Source: Alphaproteobacteria bacterium (lineage in GTDB: Bacteria; Pseudomonadota; Alphaproteobacteria; Micropepsales; Micropepsaceae). Taken from it: DNA of 64,000 nt. The stretch is taken from assembly GCA_045810735.1 (NCBI GenBank), contig JBJMVL010000101.1, forward strand, positions 5,187 through 69,186, given 5' to 3'. The notes below the pieces were generated by a model. That model saw only the letters and a program-made list of their open reading frames with translations. It made no database searches and was not told the DNA's origin. Position 1 is the first letter of the stretch. Each line of letters starts with the position of its first letter. Both the position numbers and the translations under genes were made by a program. This document shows, one piece after another, positions 39,695-49,719 of this stretch.

Positions 39695-41134
39695 ATGCGT
39701 GCCTGCCACAAGTTCCTTCAGGTTCTCGCTTTCGCCCTCGCCATCGGCGCGCCTTCTCTGCCGGCGACGGCGCAAAACTCGCAGACCTTTGATCAGGGTC
39801 AACTGGATTCCCTGCTCGCGCCCATTGCCCTCTATCCCGATCCGTTGATCGCCAAAGTGCTGATTGCCGCAAGCTATCCCGATCAGGTGCAGGAAGCAGC
39901 GGTCTGGATGCAGGCGCATCAGAATCTGAAAGGCGCAGCGCTGGCCAATGCCGCGGCTTCTCAGAACTGGGACGAAAGCGTCAAGGCCATCGTCTCGGTG
40001 CCCGGCGTGGTCGAGATGATGAACGATCAGCGCGACTGGATGTATCAGGTGGGCGGTGCGTTCGTGAACCAGCAGAACGAAGTGATGGATTCCATTCAGC
40101 GCCTGCGGCATCAGGCGCAGAACCACGGCAGCCTTCAAACGACTGCTCAACAGCAGGTGATGCAGGAAGGCGAGAATATCGCGATTCAACCTGCGGATCC
40201 CCAGACTATGTATGTGCCCTACTACAATCCCAACGAGGTGTACGGAACGTGGGCCTACCCGAATTACGCGCCGTATTACTGGTCCCAGCCATATGGCTAT
40301 GGCTACGGTGCGGCTCTTGCGACGGGGCTGGTGTGGGGCGCAGGCGTGGCGCTCGCCGCCGGTTATTGGGGCAATGCCTTCCGCTGGGGCGGCTACGGCG
40401 TGTGGCACGGCGGCGGCTGGTACAGCCATGGCGCCTGGAACGGCGGCCACTACAACAATTGGGGACACGTCAACCACTACAACAACACCTACAACAACTT
40501 CAAAAATAACGGGAACACCAACATCGGAAACAACAACAACATCGGCAATCGTGGTGATCGCAATGGCCTCGGTGATCGCAACGGCGTGGGCGACCGTAAC
40601 GGGTTGGGTGACCGCAACGGCATCGGCAATCGCAATGGATTGGGTGACCGCAATGGCGTCGGCAATCGCAACGGTGCCGGTAACCGCAATGGCCTCGCCA
40701 ACCGCAGCGGCGCCGGCAATCGCAGCGGTGCCGGTAACCGCAATGGCCTCGCGAACCGCAACGGCGCCGGCAGCCGGAACGGTGTAGCAAATCGCAGCAA
40801 CAGCAGGGGTTATGGCAACAACAGCCGCTATGGCAGCAACGCCCGGCATGGCAGCAGCAGCCGATACGGCAGCAACAGCCGAAGCGGCAGCCACAGCTAT
40901 GGCAACCGTGGCAGTTACGCCAATCGGGGGACGTATGGCAGCCGCGGCGGCTACGCCAATCGCGGCAGTTACGGCAGCCGTGGCGGTTATGGCGGCGGCA
41001 TGAGCCGCACGGGCTATAGTCGCGGCGGCGGCATGAGCCGGAGCAGTGGCATGAGCCGCGGCGGTGGAATGAGCCGGGGCGGTGGGATGGGCCGTGGTGG
41101 TGGCGGGCGCGGCGGCGGCGGCCGCAGGCGCTGA
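39695..41134 (+). CDS. DUF3300-domain protein with low-complexity tail
   Basis: QLDSLLAPIALYPDPL, WDESVKA, VMDSIQRLR and YVPYYNPNEVYG; AAGGAG RBS. Confidence 0.9.
   Translation: MRACHKFLQVLAFALAIGAPSLPATAQNSQTFDQGQLDSLLAPIALYPDPLIAKVLIAASYPDQVQEAAVWMQAHQNLKGAALANAAASQNWDESVKAIVSVPGVVEMMNDQRDWMYQVGGAFVNQQNEVMDSIQRLRHQAQNHGSLQTTAQQQVMQEGENIAIQPADPQTMYVPYYNPNEVYGTWAYPNYAPYYWSQPYGYGYGAALATGLVWGAGVALAAGYWGNAFRWGGYGVWHGGGWYSHGAWNGGHYNNWGHVNHYNNTYNNFKNNGNTNIGNNNNIGNRGDRNGLGDRNGVGDRNGLGDRNGIGNRNGLGDRNGVGNRNGAGNRNGLANRSGAGNRSGAGNRNGLANRNGAGSRNGVANRSNSRGYGNNSRYGSNARHGSSSRYGSNSRSGSHSYGNRGSYANRGTYGSRGGYANRGSYGSRGGYGGGMSRTGYSRGGGMSRSSGMSRGGGMSRGGGMGRGGGGRGGGGRRR
40552..40797 (+). repeat. 18-bp-period coding repeat, G(D/N)RNG(L/V/I/A)
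   Basis: About 13 hexapeptide units with synonymous variation; ends approximate. Confidence 0.85.
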
Positions 41135-41145
41135 CCTTCTGCCTC

Positions 41146-41190
41146 AGACCGGCCCCGTACTCTTCGACACCTCGGCCGGTCTCTCTTTCC
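41146..41190 (+). terminator. Possible terminator after the DUF3300 gene
   Basis: AGACCGGCC...GGCCGGTCT followed by a pyrimidine run; large loop. Confidence 0.35.
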
Positions 41191-41276
41191 GTTCTTGACC
41201 CTTGCCGTTGCTGCGGCAGATAACAGGTGCGGCGCCCGGGAATTTCCTGGGCGTTCGTGCATGGGATCCGCTTTCC

Positions 41277-42470
41277 GTGAGTTTCCCGAGCCTGCTGCCC
41301 ACCTACGCGCGTGCGGATGTGGCGTTCGTGCGCGGCGAGGGCGCATATTTGTTCGACGAGGGCGGGCGGCGGTATCTCGATTTCGGTGCCGGGGTGGCGG
41401 TGAATGCGCTTGGGCATGCGCATCCGCATCTGGTGGGGGCCTTGCGCGAGCAGGCCGGCAAACTGTGGCACACCTCCAATCTCTACCGCGTGCCGGGGCA
41501 GGAGAAGCTGGCGCGGCGGCTAATCGAGGCCACCTTTGCCGATACGGTGTTCTTCACTAATTCTGGCGTGGAGGCGTTCGAGTGCGCCATCAAGACCGCG
41601 AGGCGCTATCATTTCGTCAACGGCGCGCCGGAGCGCTTCCGTATCGTTACCTTTGAAGGCGCCTTCCATGGCCGCACGCTCGCAGCCATCGCGGCGGGCG
41701 GGCAGAAGAAATATCTCGAAGGCTTTGGGCCCAAGGTGGAAGGTTTCGACCAGGTGCCGTTCGGCGATGCGCGCGCGTTGGCCGAGGTAGTAAGCGACGC
41801 CACCGCCGCGCTGCTGATAGAGCCCATTCAGGGCGAAGGCGGCTTGCGTCCCGTGCCGCCGGAATTTCTCCGTCACCTGCGCGCACTGTGCGATGAGCGC
41901 GGCATGCTTCTGATTTTCGACGAGATTCAGACCGGCATCGGCCGCACCGGCAAATTGTTCGCGCATGAATGGGCGGGCGTGGAGCCCGACATCATGGCAA
42001 CTGCGAAGGGGATCGGCGGCGGCTTTCCGCTGGGCGCGTGCCTGGCTACCCCGGAGGCCGCGAAAGGCATGACCACCGGCACGCACGGCACCACCTTCGG
42101 CGGCAATCCGCTGGCGATGGCGGTGGGAAATGCGGTGCTGGACGTGGTGCTGGCGCCCGGATTTCTCGAGCACGTGCAGCGCGTCGGCAATTACGCCAAG
42201 CAGCAATTCTCATCGCTGATCGCCGATTACGCGTCCGTCTTCGAAGATCTGCGCGGCGAGGGCCTGATGCTGGGCCTCAAGATGCGCGTGCCGAATACGG
42301 AGTTCATCGATGCACTGCGCGCCAACGGCATGCTGGCGATCGCCGCAGGCGACAACGTCGTCCGTCTCCTACCCCCACTGATCATCGATGAATCCCAAGT
42401 CCGCGAAGCGATGGAGAGATTGTCGGCCACGGCCCACGCTTCCCACAAGAATAGTGCTGCTGTTTCGTAG
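41277..42470 (+). CDS. argD: Acetylornithine aminotransferase
   Basis: [38 protein letters not shown] and HGTTFGGNP; GTG start inferred. Confidence 0.92.
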   Translation: MSFPSLLPTYARADVAFVRGEGAYLFDEGGRRYLDFGAGVAVNALGHAHPHLVGALREQAGKLWHTSNLYRVPGQEKLARRLIEATFADTVFFTNSGVEAFECAIKTARRYHFVNGAPERFRIVTFEGAFHGRTLAAIAAGGQKKYLEGFGPKVEGFDQVPFGDARALAEVVSDATAALLIEPIQGEGGLRPVPPEFLRHLRALCDERGMLLIFDEIQTGIGRTGKLFAHEWAGVEPDIMATAKGIGGGFPLGACLATPEAAKGMTTGTHGTTFGGNPLAMAVGNAVLDVVLAPGFLEHVQRVGNYAKQQFSSLIADYASVFEDLRGEGLMLGLKMRVPNTEFIDALRANGMLAIAAGDNVVRLLPPLIIDESQVREAMERLSATAHASHKNSAAVS

Positions 42471-42484
42471 ATTGCACCGCGGCC

Positions 42485-43390
42485 TCAGAGCCCATAGCGG
42501 GCCGGCCATGCGTGTGCTGCTCCGCCGAAATGATTTGCGCAGTCCAGCAATTCCTCGCGAAAGAAATCTACGAGCACCGCCCGCAAATTGTCGGGTAGAT
42601 CGAGTTTCTGCTTCTTGGTCTTTGCATTGTAATCTGCCGATAGCTCGCCGCTTGCCTTCGCGGGGTCGGCCCCGAGGTAGCACAGAATGTCGTGACGCGT
42701 CCCCTCTGGATCGCGGGCCAGATCGTCGAACAGGAAGTAACGGAAAGACAAGTTGGGTGCCTGTTCCTGCCATCGGGTCGCCACGCGTGTCGGAAAGTGC
42801 TCTCCGCCGAGACTGCCGGGACTTTCGAGAAACGCTCTGTAGGACTGTGCGCTGTCCAGCGTGCCTTCGGGAAGATTGCCTCCGCGTTGCCACATGCTGG
42901 TATGCGACCACGCGCGGCTTACAGGATCGCGCACGAGCAGAATAATCTTCGTGCCGAGCAATTTGCGAGCGATTTCCGCGATGCTATCGCGGGGCAAAGC
43001 CGCGTATCCCGGCGTGATGTCGCCGGAGAGCATCCCCTCCTTGTGCCGGAACAGGCTGATATAGGACTCGACGCCAGACGTCGTGCCTGCTTCTTCCAGA
43101 AAGGCCGCATCGCGCGTGTCGTCCTCCCCCCGGTTTGAAAATCCAGAGAGGACCTTGGTGCGCTTCTTAGGGCGTGCCAGCCGATGAAGTCGCTTCCTCA
43201 TTTTCTTGCCCATTCGGGGTTCGCTGTGCTTCAGGTAGCCCCAGTCTTTCACCGGCGGCATCCAGAAATCGGGGTGGCAATAAAGCTGGTCGTAGAGCCA
43301 GCCTGTCCCCGCTTTGGCCATACCGACGCAGATGAAGTCGGGTCCCGCGATACGGCTCAATGAGATGTCAGGCGAAGATGTGTCGTTCAT
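42485..43390 (-). CDS. Sulfotransferase family protein
   Basis: 5'-PSB FICVGMAKAGTGWLY; 3'-PB VRDPVSRAWS. Confidence 0.82.
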   Translation of the reverse strand: MNDTSSPDISLSRIAGPDFICVGMAKAGTGWLYDQLYCHPDFWMPPVKDWGYLKHSEPRMGKKMRKRLHRLARPKKRTKVLSGFSNRGEDDTRDAAFLEEAGTTSGVESYISLFRHKEGMLSGDITPGYAALPRDSIAEIARKLLGTKIILLVRDPVSRAWSHTSMWQRGGNLPEGTLDSAQSYRAFLESPGSLGGEHFPTRVATRWQEQAPNLSFRYFLFDDLARDPEGTRHDILCYLGADPAKASGELSADYNAKTKKQKLDLPDNLRAVLVDFFREELLDCANHFGGAAHAWPARYGL

Positions 43391-43606
43391 TGCCACGAAA
43401 TATAGTTGCACACTGTTGCATTGGAGGTTGTACGTTGCAGGCCATCCTCGCTCCAGCGAGCAGATTTGCACAGGTTGGTGTTAGCACACCCGCTCCTCAC
43501 TCACAGCGCTTGCGCCTATTGCGCTGAGGATGCCTCCGGGGTTTGATTCCGGGCAGACGCGATTGTGCGGCTTCGACGGTGTCCCGGCGCGCCGCAAACA
43601 GGCGTG

Positions 43607-45682
43607 TCACCAGATATGCACCCGTTGGTCCGGTGCCACATAGAGCTTCTCGCCCGGTTTCACAGCGAAGGAGTCGTACCAAGCGTCGATGTTGTGCACC
43701 ACGCCGTTGACGCGGAATTGCCGCGGGCTGTGGGGATCGCTCACCACCTGTTTGCGGACATAATCATCCGTCACCTTGCCGCGCCAGGCCTGCGCCCAGC
43801 CGAGGAACACGCGCTGATCAGCGGTCAACCCATCGATTACCGGGGCCGGCTTACCACCCAAAGAGGCGTGATAGGCCTCTAGCGCCAAGGTCAGTCCGCC
43901 AAGATCGGCGATGTTCTCGCCCAGGGTGAGCTCGCCGTTCACATGCACGCCGGGCAGGGGCTGGAATTGTGAGTACTGCGCGCCAAGCCTTTTGGCGCGC
44001 GCGTCGAACTTGGCGGCGTCGTCTTTTGTCCACCAGTCTCGCAACGTGCCGGTTGCGTCGATCTTGCGCCCCTGATCGTCGAAGCCGTGCGTCAACTCGT
44101 GCCCGATGACGCCGCCGATGGCGCCGTAGTTGATGGCCGCATCGGCGTTGGCATCGAACATCGGTGCCTGCAGGATGGCGGCGGGAAAGACGATGTCGCG
44201 CAAGGATCCGTTGTAGGCATCGTTGGTTTGCGGCGTCATAGTCCAGTCGCTGCGATCCACCGGTCCGAACAGGCGGCCGGAGTAATAGGCCCAATCTGCC
44301 GCCCCCGCCCGCCGCACATCGCCGATGAGATCGTCGTCGGTGATTTCCAGCTTGGAATAGTCGCGCGGGTGATCGGGGTAACCCACTTTAATGGCGTACG
44401 TATCCAGCTTTTTCAGCGCTTCCTTCTTGGTCGCCGGTCCCATCCAGTCCAGGTGTTCAATGCGCCCGCGGTACGCCGCTTTGAGATTTGCCACCAGCGC
44501 CTCGATCTTGGCCTTGGCTTCGGGCGGAAAGTATCTGGTGGCGTAGAGCTGGCCGACGCCGAAGCCTAAGGTGCCGAAGGTGCCGAAGCGGTCACCAACG
44601 CCGAAATCGCCGCCGCTGACCGAATATACCGCGCGCTTCCAGCGCACTTTCTGTTGCTGCTGGCCGGCCAGTGTCTTGTCGCGCATTTCGAAATAGGCAT
44701 CGGTGAATGCCTTCGACAGGTACGGCGCGCCGTTGTCTGCGACGTGAAACGCGCTCCAGGCCTGCAGGGTTTGAATCGGCGTGCGCGCGTAAGTTGCGGT
44801 GAGCTTCGGGAAGGCAGACTTCTCGCCGACGATCACACGATTCACCCGAGTGAGGCCGGCGTTGAGCAGAAACGGATACCAGCGAAAGCCTGGCGCAAAT
44901 CTCACGAGCTGCCGCACGCCCATGGGATTGTATACTGCAAGCGGATCGCGCTGCTGTGCCTTGGTCCAGCTTGCTCGTGCGACTTCGGTTTCGAATGCAA
45001 CCACGTCCTTGGCCGCGTGGACTGGATTGGGCCAGCCGATCAGCTCCAGCAGCCGCGACACGTACCTTTCGTACTTGCCCTTCTGCGCTGAGAATTCCGG
45101 CTTCAAATAATAGTCGCGATCGGGCAGGCCCAATCCGCCTTGGGAAAGATATACCGCGTACCGTGTCGGATCCTTCAAATCGACATCGATGAAGAAGTTG
45201 AACAGCGTGCCGTTGAAATCGGATTGGTTGCGTCCCATGAGTGCCGCCAGCGCAACTTGCGTGGTCGCTGCACGCACGGAATCCAGTTCCGGCGCAATTG
45301 CCTTGGCGCCGAGCTTTTCGATGCGCGCCTCCCCCATGAAGGCCTTGTAAAAGGCGCCCATCTTGCCTTCGAGATCGCCCGGCTGCCGCGGCGCTTTTCC
45401 CGCGGCAGCTTCCATCATCGCGTGCAATCGCGCTTCGGTGCGGTCGGTCATCTCCAGACGGAGGCTGACGCCGGGTTTGTCGGACGGGATCTGGTGGGTG
45501 TCGAGCCAGTGACCGTTCGCGTAGCGAAAGAAGTCATCGCCAGGTTTGACGCTGGTATCCTGGCCGGCCGCATCGAAACCCCAACTGCCGTATTGCGGTT
45601 TGCCGGATGACTGCGCGCTCGCTGCAAGCGGCACGAAAGCGAAAATAAGGGCAAGGCAAAAGCCGAAGCGGACGGGACGCAT
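43607..45682 (-). CDS. M13-family metalloendopeptidase (PepO-like), exported
   Basis: PGDDFFRYANG, VIGHELTHGFD, GENIAD and DPHSP. Confidence 0.95.
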   Translation of the reverse strand: MRPVRFGFCLALIFAFVPLAASAQSSGKPQYGSWGFDAAGQDTSVKPGDDFFRYANGHWLDTHQIPSDKPGVSLRLEMTDRTEARLHAMMEAAAGKAPRQPGDLEGKMGAFYKAFMGEARIEKLGAKAIAPELDSVRAATTQVALAALMGRNQSDFNGTLFNFFIDVDLKDPTRYAVYLSQGGLGLPDRDYYLKPEFSAQKGKYERYVSRLLELIGWPNPVHAAKDVVAFETEVARASWTKAQQRDPLAVYNPMGVRQLVRFAPGFRWYPFLLNAGLTRVNRVIVGEKSAFPKLTATYARTPIQTLQAWSAFHVADNGAPYLSKAFTDAYFEMRDKTLAGQQQQKVRWKRAVYSVSGGDFGVGDRFGTFGTLGFGVGQLYATRYFPPEAKAKIEALVANLKAAYRGRIEHLDWMGPATKKEALKKLDTYAIKVGYPDHPRDYSKLEITDDDLIGDVRRAGAADWAYYSGRLFGPVDRSDWTMTPQTNDAYNGSLRDIVFPAAILQAPMFDANADAAINYGAIGGVIGHELTHGFDDQGRKIDATGTLRDWWTKDDAAKFDARAKRLGAQYSQFQPLPGVHVNGELTLGENIADLGGLTLALEAYHASLGGKPAPVIDGLTADQRVFLGWAQAWRGKVTDDYVRKQVVSDPHSPRQFRVNGVVHNIDAWYDSFAVKPGEKLYVAPDQRVHIW

Positions 45683-45765
45683 GAATTTCCCCTTCTTGGA
45701 TCGTAAGCGATTGTCCTTATGATCCGCATTGATTGAACGGTAACGTCAAGCAGGAGACCGAAAGG

Positions 45766-46653
45766 ATGCCGGCGAAGATCGCCTTCATCGGGCTGGGCGT
45801 GATGGGTTATCCCATGGCGGGGCATCTCGCACGTGCCGGGCACCACGTTGTCGTCTTCAACCGCACAGCGGCACGGGCGGAGCAGTGGATCGGGGAATAT
45901 GGAGGACAGGTGGCGCAGACGCCGGCAGCCGCCGCGACGGGTGCCGCGTTTGTTTTGTCCTGCGTCGGCCGCGATAGCGATGTTCGGGAAGTGACAACGG
46001 GGCCGCAAGGCGCGTTCAGGGCCATGCAAAAAGGCGCTGTGTTCATCGATCACACCACGGCATCTGCAAACCTCGCGCGCGAACTGGCGTCGGAAGCCGA
46101 AACCGACGGGTTCTCCTTCATCGATGCGCCGGTTTCAGGGGGCGAGCAGGGGGCGAAGAACGGCCAACTCACCATCATGTGCGGCGGCGGCGAAGCCGCT
46201 TACAGGGAAGCCGAGCCGATCCTGCTGATCTATGCGCGGCAGTGTCGAAGGTTGGGGCCGGCCGGCGCAGGCCAGCTCACCAAGATGGTGAACCAGATCT
46301 GCATTGCGGGGGTGGTGCAGGGCCTGTCTGAAGGATTGAGCTTCGCGCGCGCCGCGGGCCTCGATGCGGAAGCGGTGATCGAAGTGATTTCGAAAGGTGC
46401 GGCGCAATCCTGGCAAATGGAAAACCGCTACAAGACGATGCTGGCTGGGCACTTTGCGCAGGGCTTTGCGGTGGAGTGGATGCGCAAGGACTTGGCAATC
46501 TGTTTCGACGAGGCCCGCCGCAACGGCGCCACTCTCCCGGTTGCGGCGCTGGTGGATCAGTTCTATGCGGATGTGGAGAATTTCGGGGGCGAGCGCTGGG
46601 ATACCTCGAGTCTGTTCGCGCGTCTCGAGCACCTGCGGAAATCAAGACCATGA
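45766..46653 (+). CDS. Beta-hydroxyacid (3-hydroxyisobutyrate-type) dehydrogenase
   Basis: FIGLGVMG, DAPVSGG and TKMVNQ. Confidence 0.9.
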   Translation: MPAKIAFIGLGVMGYPMAGHLARAGHHVVVFNRTAARAEQWIGEYGGQVAQTPAAAATGAAFVLSCVGRDSDVREVTTGPQGAFRAMQKGAVFIDHTTASANLARELASEAETDGFSFIDAPVSGGEQGAKNGQLTIMCGGGEAAYREAEPILLIYARQCRRLGPAGAGQLTKMVNQICIAGVVQGLSEGLSFARAAGLDAEAVIEVISKGAAQSWQMENRYKTMLAGHFAQGFAVEWMRKDLAICFDEARRNGATLPVAALVDQFYADVENFGGERWDTSSLFARLEHLRKSRP

Positions 46654-47612
46654 TACCGGCGCTCTCTCGCGATTTGGTGAGTCTCGATGCGATCCGCGAC
46701 GCCGCGGAACGCATCGCGCCGTTTGTTGCAAGAACCCCGGTCGTGCCGATGGTGCCGAGCGGTCTGGGACTAAAAGCCGAAAGCCTGCAGCCGGTCGGTG
46801 CTTTCAAGATTCGCGGTGCATTTAACGCCATCCTCTCGCTGACCGAGAAGGACCGGCGCCACGGCGTGATCGCGCATTCCAGCGGCAACCATGCGCAGGC
46901 GGTGGCCTATGCAGCACAGCGGCTCGGCATCAAAGCGGTCATCGTCATTCCGGATAACGCGCCGCTGGTGAAGGTGGAGGCGACGCGCCGCTGGGGTGCG
47001 GAAGTTCATCTCGTCGATTTCCACGGCAACACCCGTTACGACACTTGCGCCGCGCTGGCGCGGGAATATGGCTACGTCGTGATCGAGCCGTTCAACGCCG
47101 AAGCGATCATTGCGGGAACTGGCACCATCGGCCTCGAGCTTCTTGCGCAGCGCCCAAATCTGACTGCGGTTTACGTGCCCGTCTCTGGCGGGGGGCTGAT
47201 TTCGGGGGTTGCCGCCGCCATAAAGCAGAAAAGGTCCGATGTCCGGGTGATTGGCGTGGAACCAGAATGTGCGAACGATGCCGCGCAGAGTTTTCGCGCT
47301 GGGCGTCTCGTCCACATTTCACCAGAGGAGACGGTTCGAACCATCGCCGACGGCCTGCGCGTTTCGCAACTTGGCGCGATTCCCTGGCGGCACATTCGCA
47401 CCTATGTTGACGATGTCGTTACCGTGACCGAACATCAGATTCGCGATGCCGTGCGGCGCATTGCAGCGGAAGCACGCCTGGTCGCGGAGCCGAGCGGCGC
47501 CACCGCCGCTGCTGCGGCGCTGGCCGTGGACGGCTATCTGAACGAGTCGGTCGCCATTCTTTCGGGCGGCAATGTCGATCCCAAACTCTACGCCCAGATC
47601 ATCGGAGCGTAA
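46650..47612 (+). CDS. PLP-dependent Ser/Thr dehydratase family protein
   Basis: KAESLQPVGAFKIRGA, SSGNHAQ and GGGLISG; ATGA overlap with the upstream gene. Confidence 0.9.
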   Translation: MIPALSRDLVSLDAIRDAAERIAPFVARTPVVPMVPSGLGLKAESLQPVGAFKIRGAFNAILSLTEKDRRHGVIAHSSGNHAQAVAYAAQRLGIKAVIVIPDNAPLVKVEATRRWGAEVHLVDFHGNTRYDTCAALAREYGYVVIEPFNAEAIIAGTGTIGLELLAQRPNLTAVYVPVSGGGLISGVAAAIKQKRSDVRVIGVEPECANDAAQSFRAGRLVHISPEETVRTIADGLRVSQLGAIPWRHIRTYVDDVVTVTEHQIRDAVRRIAAEARLVAEPSGATAAAAALAVDGYLNESVAILSGGNVDPKLYAQIIGA

Positions 47613-47613
47613 C

Positions 47614-48597
47614 GTGCGCGTGATGGAGCTGGGCGCCCCTGGCGAGTCGCTCCGGGAACGGGAGCGGCCGCCGCCGACGCTCGAGAGTAACCAGGTGCGA
47701 ATCAAGATTTCCGCCTGTGCCGTGTGCCGCACCGACCTGCATGTGGTGGATGGCGAGTTGCCAAATCCAAAACGGCCAATTGTTCCGGGTCACGAGATCA
47801 TCGGTCGCGTGCTGGAAGTCGGTGCCGATGTGACGAATGTCGCGAAAGAAGATCGTGTCGGTGTACCTTGGCTTGGCTGGGCATGCGGCGTGTGCGAATT
47901 CTGCCTGCGTGCCGAAGAGAATCTCTGTCCCTATGCGAAGTTTACGGGTTACGAGATCGACGGAGGCTATGCGACCGAAACGATTGCCCACGCGCGATTC
48001 GTCTTTCCCGTGCCTGCGAACTATTCCGACGAGGCGGCTGCGCCGTTGATGTGCGCGGGTCTGATCGGCTGGCGTTGTCTTACGATGGCGGGCAACGCGA
48101 AGTGGCTCGGATTATATGGCTTCGGCGCGGCGGCACATCTCATTGTGCAGGTCGCCAACGCAAAGCACCAACGCGTGTTTGCTTTTGTCAGTCCCGGGGA
48201 TGAAAGCGCAAAGGCGTTCGCGAAGGAGATGGGCGCGGAGTGGGCCGGCGACTCGACAGAAATGCCTCCGGAGCTGCTGGATGCTGCGATCCTCTTCGCG
48301 CCAGCGGGCGCATTGGTGCCGCTGGCGTTGCGCGCGATAAGGCCAGGCGGCACTGTGGTCTGCGGCGGCATTCACATGAGCGACATTCCCTCATTTCCTT
48401 ATGAGGCACTTTGGGGCGAACGGGTGTTGCGCTCGGTTGCCAATCTCACGCGCAAGGATGCGGAGGAGTTTTTCGCGTTCGCCGAGCAGCACACGCTTCA
48501 CACTGTGACTACGCGGTACGCGCTGAGCGACGCCAATCGTGCCTTGTCCGACTTGAGAACTGGCCGCCTTTCCGGCGCCGCCGTTCTTATGCCTTGA
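47614..48597 (+). CDS. Zn-dependent alcohol dehydrogenase family protein
   Basis: VCRTDLH, GHE, CGVCEFC..ENLC and YGFGAAA. Confidence 0.92.
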   Translation: MRVMELGAPGESLRERERPPPTLESNQVRIKISACAVCRTDLHVVDGELPNPKRPIVPGHEIIGRVLEVGADVTNVAKEDRVGVPWLGWACGVCEFCLRAEENLCPYAKFTGYEIDGGYATETIAHARFVFPVPANYSDEAAAPLMCAGLIGWRCLTMAGNAKWLGLYGFGAAAHLIVQVANAKHQRVFAFVSPGDESAKAFAKEMGAEWAGDSTEMPPELLDAAILFAPAGALVPLALRAIRPGGTVVCGGIHMSDIPSFPYEALWGERVLRSVANLTRKDAEEFFAFAEQHTLHTVTTRYALSDANRALSDLRTGRLSGAAVLMP

Positions 48598-48633
48598 GGG
48601 CAACCGACAACGCCGCCGCAGAGTTATCAGCCC

Positions 48634-49719
48634 ATGCATGCCAAGCCCCCTCGCCAGGACCACGGTTCGTCGCAGGAGCTGGAAAACCTCGTCGTGCCGG
48701 TCGGTACGCTCTCCATGGAAGCAAAGCTCGTCGATGCGCTGCCGCTGGATCAGGGTTGGCAGTTCGAGCCGAAATGGGACGGCTTCCGTTGCCTTGCCTT
48801 CAAGGTACGCAATGAAGTGGCGCTGCAAGCAAAATCTGGCAAGCCGCTGACCCGTTTTTTTCCGGAAGTTGTGGAGGCGCTCCGTAACGCGCCGTTCCAA
48901 CGCGTTGTGATTGATGGTGAGCTTGCGATCCCGCTGGGCGATTCCATCTCCTTCGACTCGCTGCAACTGCGGTTGCATCCGGCGGAAACCCGCATTCGCA
49001 GGCTGGCGAAAGAAACGCCCGCGATTTTCATTCTCTTCGATTGCCTGCTCGCGCCGCGCAATCGCAGTTTACTGACTGCTCCGCTGAGCGAACGCCGTGC
49101 CGAACTGGAATCGATTTTCGCGAAGCTCAAGAGCGATGCGCACTTTCGTTTATCGCCGTACACGCGCGATGTGAGCGAGGCGAAGAAGTGGCTGAACCGA
49201 TCCGGCGGTGAATTGGATGGCGTGGTGGCGAAGCGCATCGATGGCCCGTATGTGCCCGGCGAGCGCGCGATGCTGAAGATCAAGTGCCTGCGCACGGCTG
49301 ACTGCGTCGTCGGCGGCTTCCGCTACGCGCAAGGCACGCGCGAGGTGGGCTCGCTGCTGCTCGGCCTCTACAATAACGAAGGCAAGCTGGACCATGTCGG
49401 TTTCACCTCGACCATCACGCATGCGGAGCGAAAGGTTCTGACGAAGAAGCTGGAGAAGCTGCGCAAGCCACCTGGCTTCAGCGGCAACGCGCCGGGCGGG
49501 CCATCGCGCTGGAGCACCGAGCGCACCGGCGAATGGGAGCCGCTCGCGCCTAAGCTGGCGGTGGAAGTGCGCTATGATCACGTCACCGACAACCGCTTCC
49601 GCCACGGCACCAAGCTGCTGCGCTGGCGGCCGGACAAATCGCCCAGGCAATGTACCTTCGAGCAGCTGCAGCAGGAAGCACGGCCTTCCACGCTCGTCGC
49701 GGATGTGCTGCAGCAATGA
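48634..49719 (+). CDS. ligC: ATP-dependent DNA ligase, LigC type
   Basis: FEPKWDGFR, IDGEL, DGVVAK, PGGPSRWS and RWRPDK. Confidence 0.88.
   Translation: MHAKPPRQDHGSSQELENLVVPVGTLSMEAKLVDALPLDQGWQFEPKWDGFRCLAFKVRNEVALQAKSGKPLTRFFPEVVEALRNAPFQRVVIDGELAIPLGDSISFDSLQLRLHPAETRIRRLAKETPAIFILFDCLLAPRNRSLLTAPLSERRAELESIFAKLKSDAHFRLSPYTRDVSEAKKWLNRSGGELDGVVAKRIDGPYVPGERAMLKIKCLRTADCVVGGFRYAQGTREVGSLLLGLYNNEGKLDHVGFTSTITHAERKVLTKKLEKLRKPPGFSGNAPGGPSRWSTERTGEWEPLAPKLAVEVRYDHVTDNRFRHGTKLLRWRPDKSPRQCTFEQLQQEARPSTLVADVLQQ

Noticed and set aside
40552-40797. Possible CRISPR-like or non-coding array
   Set aside because: 18-bp period, in frame, variation at synonymous positions, no unique spacers and no cas genes
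39539-40894. 451-aa minus-strand ORF with AIAVT repeats
   Set aside because: Antisense shadow of the DUF3300 repeat region
41277-42470. Aminotransferase as hpnO
   Set aside because: Motifs and position relative to gcrA fit ArgD, and it is over 20 kb from the hpn genes
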